Source: Phycisphaera sp. (GTDB lineage: Bacteria; Planctomycetota; Phycisphaerae; Phycisphaerales; Zrk34). From it: 64,000 bases of DNA. The DNA lies in the NCBI GenBank assembly GCA_016125285.1, contig WGMA01000016.1, positions 1 through 64,000 of the forward strand, in the 5' to 3' direction. How positions within the stretch are numbered: the first letter of the stretch is position 1; the number at the start of each line of letters is the position of its first letter. Both the position numbers and the translations under genes were made by a program. The notes under the pieces were generated by a model. The model was not told the origin of the DNA and made no database searches. It saw nothing but the letters and a program-made list of their open reading frames with translations. Of the stretch, positions 58,439 through 64,000 are shown piece by piece.

Positions 58439-59305
58439 TTACGGCTGCGGCCAGGCGAGGCGGACGGTGAAGCCGGACGGCAGCTGCTCGTCGGGGTTGT
58501 CGATGGTGAACACGCAGCGGAAGGTCTGGCTGGCGGGCTCGATCTGGGGCTCGACGCTCTTGAGCTTGCCGATGACGGTCTTGCGTGTGCGGTTGACGGG
58601 CGGGCCGGCGTAGAAGGTGTACTCCTTGCCGATCTGCAGCTCGCCGTAGAGCTGCACGGGCAGGAACATCTGCGCCTCGAGCGGGTTGAGCGCGATCATG
58701 TAGATGATCACGTCGTCGCTGCGGTTGTTGGAGACGGTGGCGCCCTCTTCGACGCCGAGCTGGAGGATGCGTCCGTCGAACGGCGCCTTGATCTTGTAGC
58801 GATCGAGTCGGAGCTGCTCGAGGTCGAGCGACGACTTGGCGCGGTCGAGGTCGATCTGGGCTCCGGTCTGCTGGAGCTCGCGCTGCCGGAGCTCGAAGTC
58901 ACCGATCGCCTTCTTCTCGAGCAGCCGCTTGGCCTGGTCCACCTGCAGCTTGGCCTCCTCGAGCAGGGCGGCGCGGCGGTCGACCTCGAGCCGGGCGGCC
59001 TCGACCTGCACGATCTGCAGCTCGTCGTCCATCACCGCCAGCACGTCGCCTTCCTTGACCGAGTCGTCCTCATCGACGTTGATCTTCTTGATCAGGCCTT
59101 CGAGCGGCGCCATGAGCGACACCTTCTTCGACGGCTTGACGAGTCCGGTAAGTCTTTCGTCGTCGGGGGTGATCGGCTTGAGCTGCAGGGGCTGCTCGAT
59201 GTCGCCCGCCGCGGCGCCCTGACTCTGGCCGGTCGAAACCGACGCGACGGCCAGCGCGGCGAGCACGGCGGTGAAGCAGAATAACCTTGACAAAGTTTTC
59301 ATCAT
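58439..59305 (-). CDS. HlyD-family membrane-fusion (periplasmic adaptor) protein
   Basis: The start chosen is MMKTLSRLF at 59305, with signal/TM. The biotin-lipoyl-like region is 'GLIKKINVDEDDSVKEGDVLAVMDD'. A coiled coil 'LEEAKLQVDQAKRLLEKKAI...LRQREL' follows, then the beta-barrel 'IKAPFDGRILQLGVEEG'. Confidence 0.8.
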   Translation of the reverse strand: MMKTLSRLFCFTAVLAALAVASVSTGQSQGAAAGDIEQPLQLKPITPDDERLTGLVKPSKKVSLMAPLEGLIKKINVDEDDSVKEGDVLAVMDDELQIVQVEAARLEVDRRAALLEEAKLQVDQAKRLLEKKAIGDFELRQRELQQTGAQIDLDRAKSSLDLEQLRLDRYKIKAPFDGRILQLGVEEGATVSNNRSDDVIIYMIALNPLEAQMFLPVQLYGELQIGKEYTFYAGPPVNRTRKTVIGKLKSVEPQIEPASQTFRCVFTIDNPDEQLPSGFTVRLAWPQP

Positions 59306-59406
59306 TCCTCCTAATGCCTCATCTTGCGCTTGGATTCGGCGTTCGTCGCCAACTATTGTATCCAAGTCGCCGGTGGAGTCAGGGTAGCCAGAGAGATGAG
59401 TTTCGC

Positions 59407-61335
59407 ATGAGTCAGACGGCCGATCAAGTTCAGCGGCTCGTTCAGCAGGCGTTGGGCGAGTTCGAGCAGCAGATGTCCAGCGACGAGAAGCCCTCGTCGG
59501 TGCTGACCAAGATGATGGAAACGCTGCTGCGCACGACGCAGGGCGTGGGCGCCGTGGCGTGGATGTTCAAGGACCCCGAGCACCCGGAGTTCACGTCGGT
59601 GGCGCAGGTGGGCCCGGCGTCGCCGCTGGTGTTCGACCCCGAGGGCCGCATCCAGACGCCCGTGCGTGAGGTGCTCCAGCAGAGCGCGTCGCAGGGCAAG
59701 CCGATCATCGTCGCGCCCGATCAGCCGGACTTCCAGAAGACGGACCTGCACAACACGTGTCAGTTCATCGTGCCGATCGACGCGATGGGCCGCACGCTGG
59801 GCGTGGTGCAGCTGATCCACACCAAGGACCTGGACCCGAAGGTCTACCGCCAGTTCGTGATGTTCACGCAGCAGGCGTCGCGTGCGGCGGGGCTGTACCT
59901 GGCGCGGCGTCAGAGCAACGTGCTCCGCGAAGACCTCGACGCGGCGACGCGCATGCTCAAGATGTCGCACCAGCTGGTCAAGGTCTCCACGCCCGAGGAC
60001 CTGATCCACGAGCTGGCGAACCTGGCGCGCAACGCGCTGAAGGCGCAGCGCATGTCGGCGGTGGGGTACTGGCGGAACAAGACGGAGGTCGCGTTCAGCG
60101 ACACGATCGAGGTCAACCGCAAGGCGGTGGTCGTGCGGACCGTCGAGCTGCTCGCCGAGGTCGTGCGCGACCGGCGCGTGCCGATGGTGTTCCTCCGCGA
60201 CCAGGAGCTCGAGCCGGAGGAGCAGTCGCTGCTGCCGCTGCTGGAGGATCTGTACAGCCACGGCGCGGCCGAGGCGATCGTGCTCACGCCGCTGATGGTC
60301 GACAAGAAGGTCGTCGGCGTGCTGATCGGCGAGTACGACGACGCGGAAGAGGCGTCGGCGCGATCGGCGACGCAGAGCGAGGTCGCCGGTCAGGCGGCGC
60401 CGCTGCTGAACCAGGTCGTCGAGTGGCGCTACCGCCCGCTGCGTCGCACGAGCGACCTGCTGGCGTCGATCCGCCGCAGGCCGATGTCGTCGATGGGCAA
60501 GGTGGCGGTGGCGGTCGCGATCGTCTGGTTCGTGATCCACGTGCTGTTCTTCGTGCCGATGCCGGTGTCGGTGTTCGGCGAGGCGCGTCTGGAGCCGGCC
60601 AAGCTGGCGCTGATCACGGCGCCCGAGGCCGGGCGGATCAGCGACGTGAAGATCGTCAACGGTGAGGCGGTGGAGCGCGGCCAGGTGCTGGCGACGATGG
60701 ACGACATCGACCTGAAGCTGGAGCTGGCGGAGATCGTGCAGAAGATCAGCGGCGAGCGGGTGGAGCTGGAGGCGTCGCGTCGCGAGGGCGACCGGCCGAA
60801 GCTTCAGGCCTCCCAGCTCCGCATCGAGCAGTATCAGCTGCAGAAGCAGTCGCTGGAGCGCAAGATCGAACGCGCGCAGGTGCGCACGCCGATCGGCGGC
60901 GTGGTGCTCGACGACCGCCCGCAGCGGCTGATCGACCGCACCGTCGCGCAGGGCGACGAGCTGATGAGCGTGGCGGACCTCACGGAGTTCGAGCTGGTGA
61001 TCGACCTGCACGAGGAAGACCTCGCGGCGGTGGAGGAGGCGATCCGCGACGGCAAGGAGGTCGAGGTGTCGTTCCTCAGCCGCCCCTGGCCGGACCTCGT
61101 CCAGCACGCGAAGGTCACGAACATCGAGCAGCTGTCGCCGACGAGCCGCCCCGACGAATACCAGAAGCAGCACGTGTTCCGCATCATCGTGCCGATCGAG
61201 CTGGAGGGCCTGAGCCCGCAGCTGGTGCTGGCGAACCCGACCGGCCGCGCCAAGCTGATCACGCCGCCGCGCAGCATCGCGTACGGCGTGTTCGGCGGCG
61301 TGTGGCGATTCCTGAAGATGACCCTGTTCTTCTAA
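59407..61335 (+). CDS. Tandem GAF-like sensor domains + TM helix + HlyD-type membrane-fusion domain (fusion protein)
   Basis: Two GAF-like blocks cover residues ~30-190 and ~210-370, with 'TLGVVQLIHTKD' and 'VVGVLIGEYDD' cores. The TM helix is 'VAVAVAIVWFVIHVLFFVPMPV'. The HlyD part has the biotin-lipoyl 'GRISDVKIVNGEAVERGQVLATMDD', a coiled coil, and 'VRTPIGGVVLDD'. Confidence 0.75.
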   Translation: MSQTADQVQRLVQQALGEFEQQMSSDEKPSSVLTKMMETLLRTTQGVGAVAWMFKDPEHPEFTSVAQVGPASPLVFDPEGRIQTPVREVLQQSASQGKPIIVAPDQPDFQKTDLHNTCQFIVPIDAMGRTLGVVQLIHTKDLDPKVYRQFVMFTQQASRAAGLYLARRQSNVLREDLDAATRMLKMSHQLVKVSTPEDLIHELANLARNALKAQRMSAVGYWRNKTEVAFSDTIEVNRKAVVVRTVELLAEVVRDRRVPMVFLRDQELEPEEQSLLPLLEDLYSHGAAEAIVLTPLMVDKKVVGVLIGEYDDAEEASARSATQSEVAGQAAPLLNQVVEWRYRPLRRTSDLLASIRRRPMSSMGKVAVAVAIVWFVIHVLFFVPMPVSVFGEARLEPAKLALITAPEAGRISDVKIVNGEAVERGQVLATMDDIDLKLELAEIVQKISGERVELEASRREGDRPKLQASQLRIEQYQLQKQSLERKIERAQVRTPIGGVVLDDRPQRLIDRTVAQGDELMSVADLTEFELVIDLHEEDLAAVEEAIRDGKEVEVSFLSRPWPDLVQHAKVTNIEQLSPTSRPDEYQKQHVFRIIVPIELEGLSPQLVLANPTGRAKLITPPRSIAYGVFGGVWRFLKMTLFF

Positions 61336-61370
61336 GCGTCGGTTGATCGACACGCGGACCCGCACACCCC

Positions 61371-63620
61371 ATGGCGCACCTCCCGTTCCAACCCGAACCG
61401 CCTCAGCCGCCGCAGCACGGCGTGGACGACGAGCCGTTCCAGCGCGACAACTCCGGCCAGGCCGAGCAGGCGATGTCCGAGCCGCTGCCGGCGGTGCGCA
61501 AGGACCTGGAGATCAGCCCGCAGCTGTACCTCGGCAAGATCGTGTACGTCGTGAAGGACCCGGTGAGCCTGACGTATTTCCGCCTCAAGCCCGCCGAGCA
61601 CTTCGTGCTCAAGAACCTCGACGGCCAGGCCAGCGCCAACGACATGGCGCGGAAGCTGGCGCGTCACTTCCCCGAGCAGCCCGCCGACGCCGAGCAGGTG
61701 ATGGTCTTCATCCGCATGCTGCAGGGCTCGGGCCTGCTGCTGGGCCGCGGCGAGTCGCACGGCGAGTGGATCCGCGAGAACCGCGACGAGCGCCGCCGCA
61801 AGAACGTCATGGCGCAGTGGTTCAACTTCCTGTTCATCAAGATCCCCATCATGGACCCGGACCACCTGCTCGACGACATCTACAGCTTCGTGCGGTTCTT
61901 CATGAACCGAAAGACGATGTGGCTGGCGGCGATCTTCCTGGTCTCGTCGCTCGTGGCCATCGGGCTCCACCTCGACCGCGTCGGCGCGCTGAAGTTCCCC
62001 GTGCTCGGGTGGATCAACGCCCTGATGCTCACCGGCACGTTCCTCACGGTGAAGGTCATCCACGAGTTCGGGCACGGCCTGGCCGCCAAACACCGCGGCC
62101 TCGAAGTGCACGAGATCGGCGTGATGATGATGGTGTTCTTCCCTGTGTTCTACGTCGACGTGTCCGACGCGTGGATGGTCACGCGGCGATCCGACCGCCT
62201 GTGGATCAACGCCGGCGGCGTGTACATCGAGTGCCTCTTCGCCTCCATCGCCGCGTGGGTGTTCCTCAGCACCGACCCCGGCGTCGTCAACCAGATCGCG
62301 TTCAACACGATGCTCGCCGCGTCGGTCACCACCGTGCTGTTCAACGCCAACCCGCTGCTGCGGTACGACGGCTACTACTTCCTGATGGACTGGCTGGAGA
62401 TCCCCAACCTCCGCTCCAAGGCCGGCAACTACTGCGGCTACCTCGCCAAGCGCTACCTGCTGGGCATGGACGAGGAGGTCCCGCCGCACGAGGCGTCGAC
62501 CCACCCGATCTTCATGCCGCTGTACTCCGCGGCCGCGGGCGTCTACCGCTGGGTCGTGGTCTTCGGCATCATCGCCGTCGTCTGGCACCTGCTCGATCCG
62601 TACGGCCTCGAGGTGATCAGCGCCATCATGGGCATCGTCGCCGTCGTCACCATGCTGCTGCTGCCGCTCGGACAGATGCTCTCGTTCGTCTGGTCGCAGC
62701 AGAAGGCGCGCACCGGCAGGCAGGTCGCGATCAGCGTGCTCGGCGTCGTGGCGCTGTTCGGCGTCGCCGCCGGCATCCTCGCCATCCCCACCGATCAGAC
62801 CGTCAAGCACCCCGTCGTCGTCCTCGCCGTCGAGCGCCAGCCCGTGTTCGCCTTCGTGCCCGGACGCGTCGACGAGGTCCACGTCGACGACGGCCAGTAC
62901 GTCCACAAGGGCGACCCGCTGCTGACCCTCCGCAACCCGCCGCTCGTCGATCGCCTCGACCAGCTCGGCGTGTCGCTGCGGCTGACCCAGCTCCAGCTCG
63001 AATCCTCACGCATCGACGGCCGCATCGACGTCGTCGCGTCGCTCACCACGCAGATCAAGCACATCCGCGAGCAGATCGACGTGACCAACGAGAAGATCGC
63101 CGAGCTGGTCGTCCGCGCCCCGATCGACGGACGCATCCAGACCTACCGCCGCCTGCAGACCCTGCTGGGCATGATGGTCGACCGCGGCGACGAGATCGCC
63201 CTGGTCGTCGGCGACCAGCAACGCGAGGTCGACATGGTCCTGCCCGAGACCGACGCCTCGCTCGTCGAGGTCGACGACCGGGTCAACGTCCGCCTCTGGG
63301 GCTCGGCCGAGTTGGCCCGGGTCGGCCACGTCGAGCGGGTCGGATCGCAGATTCTCAAGTCCCTGCCCCACGAGGCCCTGTCCTCGCGGTTCAAGGGCGA
63401 AGTGGACACTGTGCCCACCAGTCAGTACAATTCCGCCCCCAGCACGCCGTCCGTGATCGCCACGATCACCATGGACCCGGGACAGGCGCCGCTGCCGCTC
63501 GACGGCAGCACCGGACGCGGCTCGATCATCGTGGAGGAGAAAGTGACCCTCGCCGCCCAGCTGTGGCGCAGGATCCGCCAGGTGATCAGTCCCGACTATC
63601 GCCTGTGGATGATGAAATAA
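61371..63620 (+). CDS. PqqD-like RiPP-recognition-element domain + S2P/M50-type zinc-metalloprotease membrane core + HlyD-type membrane-fusion domain (fusion protein)
   Basis: The N-terminal block 'YFRLKPAEHFVLKNLDGQASANDMARKLARHFPEQPADAEQVMVFIRMLQGSGLL' aligns by eye to PqqD (LNETAAAILELVDGRR...FPEA...DVVEFL). Next is the HExxH 'VKVIHEFGHGLAA' in a TM helix and the S2P LDG-type motif 'NANPLLRYDGYYF', with multiple TM helices. The C-terminus is HlyD-like: 'VDDGQYVHKGDPLLTL', a coiled coil, and 'VRAPIDGRIQ'. Confidence 0.7.
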   Translation: MAHLPFQPEPPQPPQHGVDDEPFQRDNSGQAEQAMSEPLPAVRKDLEISPQLYLGKIVYVVKDPVSLTYFRLKPAEHFVLKNLDGQASANDMARKLARHFPEQPADAEQVMVFIRMLQGSGLLLGRGESHGEWIRENRDERRRKNVMAQWFNFLFIKIPIMDPDHLLDDIYSFVRFFMNRKTMWLAAIFLVSSLVAIGLHLDRVGALKFPVLGWINALMLTGTFLTVKVIHEFGHGLAAKHRGLEVHEIGVMMMVFFPVFYVDVSDAWMVTRRSDRLWINAGGVYIECLFASIAAWVFLSTDPGVVNQIAFNTMLAASVTTVLFNANPLLRYDGYYFLMDWLEIPNLRSKAGNYCGYLAKRYLLGMDEEVPPHEASTHPIFMPLYSAAAGVYRWVVVFGIIAVVWHLLDPYGLEVISAIMGIVAVVTMLLLPLGQMLSFVWSQQKARTGRQVAISVLGVVALFGVAAGILAIPTDQTVKHPVVVLAVERQPVFAFVPGRVDEVHVDDGQYVHKGDPLLTLRNPPLVDRLDQLGVSLRLTQLQLESSRIDGRIDVVASLTTQIKHIREQIDVTNEKIAELVVRAPIDGRIQTYRRLQTLLGMMVDRGDEIALVVGDQQREVDMVLPETDASLVEVDDRVNVRLWGSAELARVGHVERVGSQILKSLPHEALSSRFKGEVDTVPTSQYNSAPSTPSVIATITMDPGQAPLPLDGSTGRGSIIVEEKVTLAAQLWRRIRQVISPDYRLWMMK

Positions 63621-63686
63621 ACTACCCCCGGGGCACGTCGCCACGGGATTCAGTGAGATCGAGAAAGAAGAAGGAAGGTTTAGCAA

Positions 63687-64000
63687 TGGCTAAGGACAAG
63701 AACGACGACAAGACCACCCCGGAATCCGCCGAGCACGCCACCGCCGGTGCGGGCGACACCGTCAGCGCCCCCGCTGAGCAGACTCCCCCGCGCGGCGCCC
63801 AGCTCCGCCTCGACGAGTCCAACGTGCAGTGCTTCTACTCCTCGACGACCCGTCTCTCCGGTTCCGCCGAAGAGATCACCATCGACTTCGCCCAGGGCAT
63901 CCGCCCCGTCGGCCCCAACGCCGCCGTCCTGAAGATCGACGCCCGCGTCGTCATGTCCCCCTGGGGAGCCAAGCGCCTCGTCCAGGCCCTCGAGCAGACC
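63687..64000 (+). CDS. Small hypothetical protein, possibly DUF3467-like (truncated by window end)
   Basis: 'MAKDKNDDKTTPESAE...' has an acidic/Thr-rich N-terminus followed by 'NVQCFYSSTTRLSGSAEEITIDFAQ'. The ORF continues past position 64000. It lies 66 nt downstream of the RRE-M50-HlyD gene. Confidence 0.4.

Overview
This is a ~70% GC chromosomal segment that looks Planctomycetota-like. Family hallmarks readable in the translations are two DUF1559 H-X9-DG pseudopilin-like proteins, a DUF1552-like + PSCyt-like gene pair, three formylglycine-type sulfatases, giant PQQ beta-propeller proteins and a multi-CxxCH cytochrome next to a GSDH-like propeller. Coding density is high. The window begins with a class V aminotransferase and three small genes (DUF971-like, MoaD/ThiS-like, BNR propeller) separated by three copies of a striking AT-rich TTGCAA-rich inverted-repeat element. 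Three tandem PilT-family ATPases follow, two of them carrying duplicated GspE_N/MshEN-like N-terminal domains. Next is a 1416-aa hybrid sensor kinase with an HD-GYP response regulator, then a sigma-54 activator with a divergent textbook -24/-12 promoter and upstream palindromes. The middle of the window is a polysaccharide/sulfatase-type accessory region: sulfatases, a SASA esterase, an XylR-like regulator, ThuA, a TIM-barrel isomerase, DJ-1 and pilin-like LamG proteins. tRNA-Phe(GAA) lies at 57622..57694. The most unusual content sits immediately past that tRNA and is cut by the window end: a divergent cluster of three HlyD-type membrane-fusion proteins. One is fused to tandem GAF domains, one is fused to a PqqD-like RiPP-recognition element plus an S2P/M50 metalloprotease membrane core, and a small DUF3467-like ORF follows. 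I regard that cluster as the best candidate for an undescribed peptide processing/export system. No rRNA, CRISPR array, transposase or integrase was recognised.
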